A stretch of 48,076 nucleotides of DNA from Chiloscyllium plagiosum (taxonomy: Eukaryota). The translations under genes and the position numbers were made by a program. The notes under the pieces were generated by a model that had not been told where the DNA came from, searched no databases, and saw nothing but the letters and a program-made list of their open reading frames with translations. The DNA lies in NCBI RefSeq assembly GCF_004010195.1, contig NC_057719.1, forward strand, positions 41,416,466-41,464,541, given 5' to 3'. Positions 36,801 to 48,076 of the stretch are shown piece by piece (the first letter of the stretch is position 1; the number at the start of each line of letters is the position of its first letter).

Positions 36801-37161
36801 CTACCTGCCCATCTTCCTTTCCACGTATCTACTCCAACTTCCTCCCTGACCTATCACCTTCATCCCCACCCCCATTTACCCAATGTACTCTTTGCTACCT
36901 TCCCTCACCCTCCTCCCTGACCTATCACTTCCATCCCCACCCCCATTCACCTATTGTACTCTATGCTACTTTCTCCCCACCCCCACCCTTCTCTCATTTA
37001 TCTCTCCACCCTGCAGGCACTCTGCCTCTATTCCTGATGAAGGGCTTTTGCCCAAAACGTCGATTTCCCTGTTCCTTGGATGCTGCCTGAACTGCTGTGC
37101 TTTTCCAGCACCACTCTAATCTAGTGTCTGGTTTCCAGCATCTGCAGTCCTTGTTTTTACC
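36801..37161 (+). mobile_element. Penelope pLTR fragment with a mutated hammerhead and ~15-bp TSD
   Basis: TSD ttagtgtcatatgtc (36786-36800) vs ttagtgccatttgtc (37162-37176); ctgatgaagggcttttgccc[a]aaacgtc at 37034-37061 (GAAA changed to AAAA). Confidence 0.8.
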
Positions 37162-37229
37162 TTAGTGCCATTTGTCGGCAAGACTGGGTAAGATTTCCTT
37201 CCTTGAGAGAAATTAGTGAGTCGGGTTAG

Positions 37230-37565
37230 AGGGGAGATGGTCATCATATCACTAGACAAATAATCCAGAGCCCTAGGCTATCCCCTCGACATATGAGTTA
37301 AAATCCCCCTGAGGTGGACAGTGAAATCTGATTCAATATAAAACTGGCCTATTGAGGACCATGTAATCACTGTCAATTGTCATAAAAAACCATCTGATTC
37401 ATAAACATCTTTTGGAGAAGGAAATCTTCCAACCTGACCTGGTCTGGCCTATATGTGACTTCAGAACCACAACAATATGGCTGTTCTTAACTGCCCTCTG
37501 GGTAATTAGGGATGGATAATAAATGTTGACATAGCTAATGGCACCCATGAATGCATTTTTAAAAA
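37230..37565 (+). mobile_element. tRNA-derived SINE with CR1-clade LINE-type 3' tail
   Basis: Degenerate tRNA head (cactagac..taatccagag..gagttaaaatccc); tail gggtaattagggatggataataaatgttg similar to the LINE end at 39290-39362. Confidence 0.7.
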
Positions 37566-39817
37566 GGACAATTTTATGACAATTGATATTAGATTCGTGG
37601 CACCATGAATGAGACTAGCTTTTCTAAATTAATAGGAAACAATTAACAAGTAGCTGGTCACATCAATTATAAACTACCCATTAACCTCATCCATATCATA
37701 TATCTCTGTTTGTAAACCCGTAAAGGCATGAAATCTGAACATGATTTCTGGTTTCTCACAGGGATAAACTGATTGTCAAGAGGAAGGAGCTAAAATATGT
37801 TTTTGAATTGAGGGGTCCGCTGCTTGCATTTAAGTGGACTGCAATAAAAGAGATTTGTTGATTCTCTGTGACATATTTGAAAAACTGGAATTAACTGAAG
37901 GAAAAAAAAGCAAAAATTTCTTCAAGTGTGAGATTAAATCATAGCATTCATGAAGAAAATTTCATTTTGGAAGAACAAAGTGCTAAAGTGGGACTGTGCC
38001 TTGCAAAAGTATTTGGTAAAGTGCCATGTAAAATTACTTCAGAAGATAGAGGTCATGCTGTTGATCATTATATATCTTAACATGGATAGAGGACTGGCTA
38101 ATGAACACAGAGCAGACAGTTGGGATAAATGGGTCATTTTCAGCTTAGTGAACTGTAAATAATGGCATGCCACAGGGATCAGTGCTGGGGTCTCAACAAT
38201 TTACATTATATTGTAATGACTCAGATGAAGGGACAAATTGTATTGTAGCCAAATTTGCTGACAATACAAAGATCGGTAGGTAATCAAGTTGTAAAGAGAA
38301 CATAAAAATATGAAAAAGGATACAAGTAAGTTAAGCGAGTGCACATGATTTTGAGTGTAATGTGGGGAAATGTGAGACTGTTCATTTTGGAATATTACAA
38401 TAGCAGCACATGATCATCCATTAAGGGAACCAAGGATTAGATGGAAAAGGCAGGAAAAATGGATTTGAGGATTGTCAGATCAGCAACGATTTCATTAACA
38501 GCAGAACAGATCAAATGCCTACTTCTGCTCCAATGTCTTAAGGTCTTAACATCTGATGGATTCTTGTGTATGAATCTGAAAAGTTAGCGTGCAAATAATC
38601 AGGAAGGCATATGGAATTTTGGCCTTTAAGGGGTTCAAAAAGTAGACACGTCTCACTACAATTATTCAGGGCATTGATGAGGTGATATTGCAGCAACATT
38701 CATAATTTTAATTGGCTTTCCCCGAGCTGAAATTGATGTGAGTTGAACTTTGCCTTAATTTTCACTTTTTCTCTCTTCTTCTTATCCATGACTTTTGTCA
38801 TTATTACAGTTGCCGTGGTATGGTGACTTATAAAACTTTTCACTTTTCTTTTATAAAAATACGTGATAATAAGTTGCTATTCCATTCTATCTATTGTTCG
38901 TGTACAATTTTAGTTTCTTTAAGAAAAGAGATGTACATTCAAAACAGTTGAGAAAAGGGTCAACAGGCTGATTCCTGACATGTTTTAAGAGGAATATTTG
39001 AGCAGGTTGCATCTATTGGAATTTAGAAAAATGAGATGTTCTCTTATTGAAACATATAAGATGCAGAGGGAATTGAACAGGGTAGATGGTGAGTGGATGA
39101 GGGAAATCATGAACTAGGTGGCATAATTTAAAATAAGAAATCTGCCACTTAAGACTAAGGTGAGGAGGAATTTGTTTTGGGTGAGTTGTTAGTGTTTGGA
39201 ATTCCTTTTCCCGGAGAAAAGTGGATTCTGGTTCAAGGCTGAGTTTAATGAATTTTTGATCCTCATGTGAGATGAGGGTTATGAGTCTGTGTTTTTTATT
39301 CACTTATGGAATGTGAGCGTCACTGACTGGCCAGCATTTAATGGCCATCCTTAGTTGCCCTTGAGGAGATGGTGGTGAGCTGCCTTCTTGAGCCGCTGTA
39401 GGTCTAGGTTGACCCACAATGCTCTTAGGGAAGGAATTCCAGTGTTTTGATCAAGAACAGTGAAGGAACACTGATATCTTTCCAAGTCGGAATGATGAGT
39501 GACTTCGAAGGGAACTTAGGTGGTGGTGTTCTCATGTATCCGCTGCCCTTCTCCTTCTAGGTTGAACTGGTCGTGGGTTTGGAAGGTGCTGTCCAAGGAT
39601 CATTGGTGAATTTCTGCAGTATATCTTATAGATTGTACACACTGTTGTGACAGAGTGCTGGTGGTGGAGGGAATGGATGTTGGTGGATATGGTATATATC
39701 AAGCAGACTGCTTTGTCCTGGATGTTATCAAACTTCTTGATTATCATTGGAGCTGCACCCGTCCAGGCAAGTGGGAAATACTCCATCACACTCCTGACGT
39801 GTGCCTGGTAGATGACG

Positions 39818-40028
39818 TTGAAACTTTATTGCTGGAACAGCACAGCAGGTCAGGCAGCATCCAGGGAACAGGAGATTCAACGTTTCGGGCACAGGCCCTT
39901 CTTCAGGAATGCACCTGTGCCCGAAACGTCGAATCTCCTGTTCCCTGGATGCTGCCTGACCTGCTGTGCTGTTCCAGCAATAAAGTTTCAACTTTGATCT
40001 CCAGCATCTGCAGACCTCACTTTCTCCT
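39818..40028. mobile_element. 211-bp PLE-derived foldback insertion with 14-bp TSD
   Basis: TSD cctggtagatgacg at 39804-39817 and 40029-40042; 79-bp inverted arms 39817-39895 / 39914-39992 with one mismatch. Confidence 0.92.
39875..39910 (-). ncRNA. Minimal type I hammerhead ribozyme
   Basis: auuc-CUGAAGA-a-GGGC(cugu)GCCC-GAAA-cg-UU-gaau: intact core with a 4-bp stem I. Confidence 0.75.
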
Positions 40029-41977
40029 CCTGGTAGATGACGGACAGGCTTTGGAGAATCAGGAGGTGAGTTACTCTCAACAATATTCCGAGCTTCTGAC
40101 TTGCTTTTGTAGCCACTGTGTTTACATGGTGAGTCGAATTGAGTTACTGGTCAATGCTAAGCCCAAGGATATTGTTATTAGAGGATTCATTGATGGTAAT
40201 ACAACTGAATATCAAAGGTTAGATTATCTCCTCTTGGAGATAGTCATTGCCTGGCATTTGTGGGGTACAAATGTTGCTTGCCAATTGTCAGCTAAAGCCT
40301 GGATATTGTCCAGATTTTGTTGCATTTGAATTGCTTCAGTATCTGAGGAGTCATGAATGGTGCAGAACGTTATGCAGTCATCTGTGAATATCCCCACTTC
40401 TGAGTTTATGATTGAAAAAAGGTCATTGATGAAGCAGCTGAAAATGGTTGGGCTTAGGGCACTGCCCTGAGGAACTCATGCAGAGATATCCTGGGGCTGA
40501 GATGACTGACCTCCAAAAATCACAATCATCCTTCCATGTGCCAAGTATTACTTCGACCAGAGAGTTATTCCCTGATGCCCATTAATTCCAGTTTTTTGAG
40601 GGCTCCTTGATGTCACATTTAGTCAAACGTGGTCTTGGTGTCAAGGGCTCATCTCGCCTTTGGAATTCACACCTTTTGTTCATGTTTGGACAAGGCTGTA
40701 ATGAGGTCAGGAACTGAGTGGCCCTGGCAGAAGCCAAGCTGGACATTGCTGATAGCCTGTTGATGACACCTTCCATCACTTTACTGATGATTGAGAGTCG
40801 ACTTATGGAGTGTTAATTGGCTGGATTGGGTTTGGTGTGTCATTTGTATCCAGGACATATGTGGGCAATTTTCCACATTGTTGGTAGATGCCAGTGTTGT
40901 CACTGTACTGGAACAGCTTGGCTAGAGGAATGGCAAGTTCTGGAGCACAAGTTTTTAGTACTCTCGCTGGAATGTTATCAGGGCCCACAGACTTTTCAGT
41001 ATCCAGTATCTCCAACCAATTCTTAATATCATGTGGAATGAATCAAATTGGCTGAAGACTGGTATCTGTGATGCTGGGGACCACTGGAGGTGACTGAGAT
41101 GGATCGTCCACATATAATTTCTGGCTGGAGATTGCTGCGAATGCCAGCAGACGGTGTGGGAGGCAAGAAAGTAGAGTTAATGCCAGAATCAAATCAGTAT
41201 GATTTTATTGATTGATAGATCAGTTTTGATGGACCAAATGACCTGTTCCTGCTTCTATTTATTACCAGCGTATTACTTCTTTCCATAACTTCCCAAGTTT
41301 CTATTAGACAACAAAATGAAACAGTGTCCCATTCCTGTGATGAACAACCATTTCAACCACCTGGAAGCACTCTTTACATTCTTTTGCTCTCCCTACCTCA
41401 GCCCCAGTTTAAATGTGTCAAAGTTCAACTGGGTACAAAGCTGGTGATATGGATGTGCTCAATGGAAATTGAGCAGCTTATTTAAATTTTAATCAATTGA
41501 TTTTTGAAAAAGGAACAAGTTCTGGAGTTCCTCTGTCAGAAGTTTGGTTCAGTGTGAAGGTCAATTATCCTGACAATGTACCACATGCTCTGAAAGTGAT
41601 TGGTTCCTTTTGTCAGCACATACCTGTGTGAAGCTGGATTTAGCACACTTGTCCATATCAAATCTTTATATTGAGCAACTCTGGATGTCATGTCAGAGTT
41701 TGGAGGTCCAGAATATCTACCCTGCTTGATTTTGAGACTGTCACAAATGCATGTGAATCGTCATTAAGCCCAATGAATACATAAACCACCAGCACTTTTA
41801 TAAGATACTTTAAAAACACAGAATTTCTTAGGTATTTCATGGACATTTTTATGTTTAAAATGCAACCTTTGGTAATTAAGTATGAAAGTTTACAATGCTG
41901 CTGCTTTGTTTTTATTGGTATCTGGGGTTTATTAATGTTCATTTAAAATGGGATCACATTGGCAAATAGTTTGGGAA

Positions 41978-42937
41978 GTTGTTTATATAAATGATTTGGA
42001 TGTGAGCATAAGAGGTATGGTTAGTAAGTTTGCAGATGACACCAAAATTGGAGGTATAGTGTACAGCGAAGAAGGTTACCTCAGATTACATTGGAATCTT
42101 GATCAGATGGGCCAATGGGCTGAGAAGTGGCAGATGGAGTTTAATTCAGATAAATGCGAGGTGCTGCATTTTGGGAAAGTAAATCTTAGCAGGATTTATA
42201 CACTTAATGGTAAGGTCTGAGGGAGTGTTGCTGAACAAAGAGACCTTAGAGTGCAGGTTCATAGCTCCTTGAAAGTGGAGTCACGGTTAGATAGGATAGT
42301 GAAGAAGGCGTTTGGTATGCTTTCCTTTATTGACCAGAGGATTGATTACAGGAGTTGGGAGGTCATGTTGCGGCTGTACAGGACATTGGTTGGACTACTG
42401 TTGGAATATCGCATGCAATTCTGGTCTCCATCGGAAGGATGTTGTGAAACTTGAAAGGGTTCAGAAAAGATTTACAAGGATGTTGTCATGGTTGGAGAAT
42501 CTGAGCTACAGGGAGAGGCTGAACAGGCTGGGGCTGTTTTCACTGGAGGTTCAGAGACTGAGGGGTGACCTTATAGAGGTTTACAAAATTATGAGGGGCA
42601 TGGATAGGATAAATAGACTCCCTGGGGTGGGGGAGTCCAGAACGAGAGGGCATAGGTTTAGGGTGAGAGGGTAAAGATATAAAAGGGACCTAAGGGGCAA
42701 CTTTTTCACACAGAGGGTGGTACGTGTGTGGAATGAGTTGCCAGAGGAAGTGGTGAAGGGCTGGTACAACTGCAACATTTCAGAGGCATTTGGATGGATA
42801 TATAAATAGGAAGGGGTTTGGAGGGATATGGGCCAGGTGCTGGCGGGTGGGAGTAGATTTGGTTGGGATATCTGGTCAGCATGGACGGGTTGGACCGAAG
42901 GGTCTGTTTCCATGCTGTACATTTCTATGACTCTATG
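41978..42937 (+). mobile_element. CR1 LINE (young family), 5'-truncated, inserted in the hAT right TIR
   Basis: YINDLDVSIRGMVSKFADDTKIGG..; tail ctatgactctatg. Confidence 0.95.
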
Positions 42938-43959
42938 CTGTTCTAAAGTTCAGTTTACCTTATTCAGTTGAATTCCTATACTGGAAGCTAATCATTGGTT
43001 TCTTTTGGTGCTAGAAAATTAATTCAACCCTTTGCTCCAATGCTCCTGCATTGATATAACTACCAATTTAGCCCCGGCTTCCCCTACAGTCTTACCAAAT
43101 TTTTGAAGTTATCTATTTCCTTTTTGGTGCTGTTATGAATTTTTCTTCCATCATTGTTTCGGAAAAGCATTTCATATCCAAACAACTCATGAATAGTGCA
43201 CTTTAATCTTTTGGGAATGTTTTAATTATATGCCTCTAGTTATTGACTCACCAACCAGTTGAAATACATCAAGAGATTTTGAAGATATTGGAGAACTTTT
43301 GATATTTTTATACCAACCTTGCAGATTAATTGAACCTGTCTTTTTGGTCTGAAAGCTCTTTTTAGTTTATATGTATATGTTTATCCGTGGCCTCAAGCAA
43401 TATTTCCCAGTAATAAAGATTTAAAATTTATAAGTGCATAAAATTTCAGCAGCCTGCTTTCAAGTAACATAATCAAGTAGCATCATCAATATAGATTAAG
43501 AGAACTGCCTTTACAGATTTAAGGCAGAAGGCTGATGACTCTTTAGTGAAAATGTATCATGTTTAGAGATTTGATGCATTCTGTTGTCTTTATTACAGAA
43601 CCAACAGGAGTCCCTTGAGTAGCTCTGCATAGTAATTAAAGGATTAGGCAAAGAACAAATTACCTTTATTTAGATACATAATATTTACTTCAGATAAATA
43701 TCTAAATATGAGGACATGTCTTTGTTATATTTTTGGTTTCAATTTCTGTATAAATGTTTCATTTCCTCTGATAATTGATTGCCAGATCTTTTCGTACAAT
43801 GAAGTTTAATAGAAAATCAGAATAAGCTGTTGTAAATAAGCCAACATGGAATGTGATTTTTTAAAATCTATTTTTATGATGCTACCCAAAACCATCCATC
43901 ATCACACCTAACGTTATCAGATAAAGAATCATCATTCCATCTCCTGCCAACAGTATCTA

Positions 43960-44145
43960 ATATAACAGAATTAATCAAGTTTTTCTTCTACTCCAAATTA
44001 CTTCCTTTAAAATCTTCACCCCAGTAGCCTCTACTTCACGTTAAAATCAATTGCAAAGAGGTTATGAATTTCTTTCTCTCCAAGATTGAGACTATCTGTG
44101 CTGCTCTGGCTGCCTTCATGTTCAACTTCCCTTCTCCGACCCACA
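43960..44145 (+). mobile_element. L2-clade LINE ORF2 linker fragment
   Basis: NCKEVMNFFLSKIETICAA resembles the L2 'C..F..FF..KI..I' motif. Confidence 0.5.
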
Positions 44146-44992
44146 CTAGCTGATGTTGTGACTGATAGGGAGTCAGCATCACTGTCCATTCTCCTTCATG
44201 AGATCTTTCATACACTTGCAGGAGACATTGTGCAATTACATACAAATTGTTCATTTTTTGCACATGTAATCTTTTTAACACAATGAAAGAAGAACCTGCT
44301 TTAAAATAACAGAAGAATGAACTTTTTTTAAGTTAATTGAACATGGGTAATCACTGTATATTTAACACATTTTGCCTGTGCTGTTGCTTATTGAGATTGC
44401 AGACATGAATGTGTTACTGATCCTGATGTCATTCTGTAGAATGGAGGAGCAGGGGTGGTGGTTTGGGAGTGATGACATATTCATCCCTCATGTCCTGATG
44501 TCTTTGGTGATAGGCTTTGGTAGTGAGAGTTTCCATTCTTCCCTCACACTGATATCATACTCACTCCTGGTCTTCTCCGTTTGCCTCTTCCTCTTTCTCT
44601 CTCCTGTTTCTTGTCCCACTTACTTCTATTGATAAACCTTATTTTGTCAGCTGGCAGTCTAGTCTGTGTCAATCACTTACCTAAACCCTCTTAGCCAATG
44701 ACCATTGCCAGCTACTCATGGTGCAAGGATGACCATTGTCACTTGCCTACCTTCATCTGAGAGTTATCATACCATTCTTTCTAATAACAAAACTTATTTT
44801 GCCAAACAATATGTTGAGAATAGGGTAGTATGGTGCTAAATAAATCTTTAACCTCAACCATGACATTGGTGATCCTTATGGTCTTTCCTTTCTTTCGTAT
44901 ATTAGAGATTTGAAAAGTTAGCTACTGCTGTAATAGTATTTAAATGAAATTTCATGTTACAAAGTAAGTACTAGGTAGGTTCAACTTTAAAG

Positions 44993-46625
44993 GGACCCCA
45001 ATCTCCAACAAAAGGACAGTACCCCAACAGGGGAACAAATCTGGTGAACCTTTGTTGCACTCCCTCTATGGCAATAAAATATTTCCTGAGTTAAAGAGAT
45101 TAAAGTGGCAGACAGTACTTGAGGTGCAATCTTACCAAGCTCCTATACAACTGAAGCAGAAGAGTCACAATGGATTTGAAATGTTAACTCTGTTTCTCTT
45201 TCCACTGATGCTGCCAGACCAGTTGAGATTCTCAGCATTCTCTGTGTTTGTTTCAGACTTCAGTACTCCTGTACTTAAAATCTCTTTTTGCATTAAAGGC
45301 TGTCACTCCATCAACCTTCCTAATAGCTTGCTACACCTGCATATCAGCCTTCAGTGATGTATCGACAAGGACACCGAGATCTTTTTCTACATTTACACTT
45401 TCTGACTTCTTAACATTTAAGAAACATTCTGCACATCTGTTTCTCCTACCAAAGTGGATAATTTTATATTTTTCTACATTATATTCTAGCTGCCATGTTC
45501 TTGCCCATTTACTAAGCTGATCCAAAACCTCCAAATCTGCCTGGCAATGCACATTTCTGTGTAGCTTTGTATCTAATACATATGTGGAAATATTTCATTT
45601 GGCTCCAACACCAAGTCACTAGTATATAGCATAAACAGTTGGGGCCCCAAGTACTGATCTTTGTGATAGCCCACTAGTTACAGCCTGCCAACGTGAGAAT
45701 GACCTATTGATTCTGACTCTCTTTTCTACCTGTTAGCTGATCATCAATCCACACCAGTACGTTACCTCCTATCCCATATTCTTTAATGTTTCTAACCAAT
45801 CTATTGGAGGCATTTATCAAAGCCTTTTGAAAATCTAAATGTACTATATCCATTGATTCTCCTTTATTAATTTTGTTATAACATCTTCAAACAACTCCAA
45901 GCTTGTCAAACTTTGATTTCCCATTTGCAAATCCATGCCCAATAAAGTTATTATCAACCAAATTTCCATTTATCTAGATTTAGATTTAGTCATCTCCCTA
46001 CTACTGAAGTAAGGCTAGTAGGTTTGTAGTTCCTTATTTTCTCTCCCTCTGTCTCTTCTTAAATAGATGGATGACATTTATCATTTGCCAATTCACAGGA
46101 GTCATTCCAGAATCTATAGCGATTTGGAAGATAATCACCAATGCGTCAACAACATTTATAGCTATCTACTTCAATGCTCTGGGAGGTAGACCATCAGATT
46201 CTGGGGTTTTACCAATTTTCAGCTCCAACAATTTCTTCAACATAATCTTCTTACTCAAGTTATTTTTTTCCATCTACCTATTCTCTCTAATCTCTTAGAT
46301 CTCTAGTTCTGGAAGATCTGGTATCTTCCTCAGTAAAGACAGTCACAACGTAACCATTTAGGTTCTCTACCATCTTATCTATTTTCCATTGTAAATTCAC
46401 CTGACTCTGCCTGTAATGGGCCAACATTTATTTTAGTGAAATATTTCCTTTATGTATAACTATGAACACTCCAACAGTCCTTTTTTATGTTTGATTTGCT
46501 AGATTGCATTCATATTCTATTCTCCCTGACCTTATCAGTTTTTTGGTCCGCCTTTGTTGTATTCTCTAAACCTTCCAATCCTCATAGGCTGGTGCTGCTT
46601 CTATCTGATACTTCTCTTTAAGTCA
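44993..46625 (-). mobile_element. Old CR1 LINE fragment
   Basis: ORF 45331..45552 LSKWARTWQLEYNVEKYKIIHFG..EKDLGVLV; aaactacaaacctactagccttacttcagtag (NYKPTSLTSV). Confidence 0.85.
45160..45257 (+). mobile_element. ~100-bp PLE pLTR-end fragment nested in CR1, with a partial or degenerate hammerhead
   Basis: gaagagtcacaatggatttgaaatgttaactctgtttctct..gatgctgccagacc..tgtttcaga, similar to 15670-15760. Confidence 0.65.
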
Positions 46626-46759
46626 AGGTTGGAAACCTGGCCTCATAAAAAGATAGCATGAGAGATAGGCTGGGCCATGGTTACAAATATTGCTTCTCAT
46701 GATCTACAGTATCCATGGATATCCAGTTTTAAGCTGCTGACTTTTTTCTGAGTCAATCC

Positions 46760-47340
46760 TATTTAGTGCATTGGTAAAGCCACACCACAAGATGGAGGAT
46801 GTGTTAATTGTGAAGACAAAACTTGTACAAAAAAAATTTTTGGCAGTCATTGCTACCACTTCTGTCACAAACAGGCATATCTTGTACCAGGTAAATTGTT
46901 GAGGAGAAAGTCAAGTCAGGTTCTCCTTGCATTGCTTCCCTCACCACCTGGCCCAGTCGTGAACTCAGTCTTTCAGGATTAGGCCAAATCAGTCGGTCAT
47001 GATGTCGTTCACGACAGACACTCAAGTCCTCTATCTACAGTGTACTCTGTATCTCTGCCTCTCTCGGTACTATTTCCAACTTGAACATGGAGGAATAATG
47101 ATTCACCAGTTTAGAGGGTTATAGTTGAAATTAACAAAAGTTTCCTTGTCTACAGTTGACCTGATTCACTGACACTTCCTTTAGTCCAGTGTCTGTCTTG
47201 TTGTTGGGACAAGACACACCCACAGTTGGTAATGGAACAGTCTAGGATATTGGCTGAATGCTTTTGTTGGTATAAGTGTGTGGGAAAGTTGTTATAATTT
47301 TAGCATTAATTCTCAGATGTTAATGAGGAGGATTTTTGCA
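46760..47340 (-). mobile_element. Endonuclease region of the second CR1-clade family, decayed
   Basis: ORF 46804..47025 LGQVVREAMQG..PVCDRSGSNDC resembles 'QVV.EPTRG..IG.SDH'. Confidence 0.55.
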
Positions 47341-47459
47341 GAGTCAAGGGGTTTATGTTTATGTCTTGGTCAAGTCCAGTGGTTAGGTTGATGATGAGTG
47401 ATCCATCTAGCATACTTCCCATTGTTGTCAAGCATTCTGAAACAGCTTGATTTGCTAAT

Positions 47460-47730
47460 CAATTTTAGTGGACAGTTGAGAACCAACTATATTGCTGTGT
47501 GTCTGAAGTCACAATACGTCAGACTGGGTATGGATTGCTGGTTCCTTCTCCCTAAAAGGCATTTGTAAGCTGGATAAATTTTCATGAAAATCTAACAGTT
47601 TTTTGATCACCATTACTGGGGCCAGCTTCATATTCCAAACTTATTTACTGAACTGAAATTAAATCCCTGTCCTTGGAACATAACTCCAGCCTCCTAATTA
47701 CTCCATAACATGTCCCATTGCGACCATAAC
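47460..47730 (-). mobile_element. tRNA-derived SINE (same family as 37230-37565), old
   Basis: ggacagttgagaaccaactatattgctgtgtgtctgaagtcaca..cagactgggta..ttccttctccctaaa. Confidence 0.6.
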
Positions 47731-47802
47731 AATTGAACTATAGTTTTTTTGTCATATAACAACAGAAGATTACTGCAAAATGTGATTCTTTATATATTGT
47801 AA

Positions 47803-48076
47803 GAGTCATAGAGATGTATAGCATGGAAACAGACCCTTCAGTCCAACCCGTCCATGCCAACCAGGTATCCCAACCCAATCTAGTCCCACCTGCCAGCACC
47901 TGGCCCATATCCCTCCAAACCCTTCCTATTTATATACCCATCCAAATGCCTCTTAAATGTTGCAATTGTACCAGCCTCCACCACATCCTCTGGCAGCTCA
48001 TTCCATACACGTACCACCCTCTGCGTGAAAAAGTTACCCCTTAGTTCTCTTTTATATCTTTTCCCTCTCACCCTAA
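47803..48076 (-). mobile_element. CR1 LINE 3' end (young family), runs off the window
   Basis: MRGKRYKRELRGNFFTQRVVRVWNELPEDVVEAG..; tail gagtcatagagatgtatagc. Confidence 0.95.

Larger units (their letters stand above)
36660..37625 (-). mobile_element. tRNA-derived SINE (CR1-type tail), partial, hosting a PLE fragment and a same-family plus-strand SINE
   Basis: agagggcaggtaagagttagccatattac..gtcatatgtc|..|ggcaagactgggtaag is the reverse complement of the body at 37400-37500; it resumes at 37566-37625. Confidence 0.65.
39290..41148 (-). mobile_element. CR1-clade LINE of a second family, 5'-truncated
   Basis: LDTEKSVGPDNIPARVLKTCAPELAIPLAKLFQYS; MEYFPLAWTGAAP..DNIQDKAVCLI..HSLHHQHSV; tail gaataaaaaa. 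Confidence 0.85.
37990..41262 (+). mobile_element. Old CR1 LINE, fragmented (37990-38390, 38555-38690, 38930-39289, 41150-41262) with nested elements
   Basis: NGMPQGSVLGSQ..AKFADNTKIG; ORF2 end; 3' tail resumes after the nested LINE. An extra CR1 tail is nested at ~38420-38548. Confidence 0.75.
35620..42940 (+). mobile_element. Buster/ZBED5-like hAT transposon, apparently complete but decayed and fragmented by nested insertions
   Basis: Left TIR-like tgtgatttccaaaccttgggg. Transposase pieces: 35970-36660 (VLSNENMKSNK; LQIDE; IPWDHMTGVSTNVNPSMSG), 37630-37985 (LSRG..LKYVFELR; LCDIFEKL; AFMKKISFWK), 41265-41767 (KFNWVQ; PFVSTYLCEAGFSTLVHIKS). Right TIR-like gtttgggaag..ctg is split by a CR1. 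Confidence 0.8.

Noticed and set aside
37745..37861. Apparent host exon after the strong acceptor tttctcacag
   Set aside because: The peptide (LKYVFELR) and its flanks belong to the decayed hAT transposase.
39655..40329. 224-aa ORF on the plus strand
   Set aside because: Antisense of a CR1-clade LINE reading through the PLE hairpin; no recognisable domain.

Overview
Eukaryotic (vertebrate) non-coding DNA, most likely from a shark or other cartilaginous fish. This is inferred from HE1-type V-SINEs, a DeuSINE and dominant CR1 LINEs; the species cannot be fixed from this window. I found no intact host gene, rRNA, tRNA gene or CRISPR array. Most recognisable ORFs in the track are decayed transposon fragments; the rest are unassigned. 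The window is a nested transposable-element landscape. It holds many CR1 LINE copies and a near full-length L1 (26191-33362, minus) with a 5' YY1 site and a TT/AAAA target site, which itself hosts a Penelope-like element (PLE) and a Tx1 3' end. It also holds a rearranged Tx1 5' half, two decayed hAT DNA transposons (one traceable end to end), a Gypsy integrase relic, two Harbinger Myb/SANT exons, several SINEs and a ~2-kb 43-bp minisatellite inside a non-autonomous retroelement. The most notable signals are tiny TSD-flanked PLE-derived insertions that consist of little more than a minimal hammerhead ribozyme (87 bp at 9358; a 211-bp near-perfect hairpin at 39818) and a ~3.5-kb TE-free island (19.7-23.2 kb) that may hold conserved regulatory elements. 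Boundaries were read by eye and are approximate unless a TSD is quoted.
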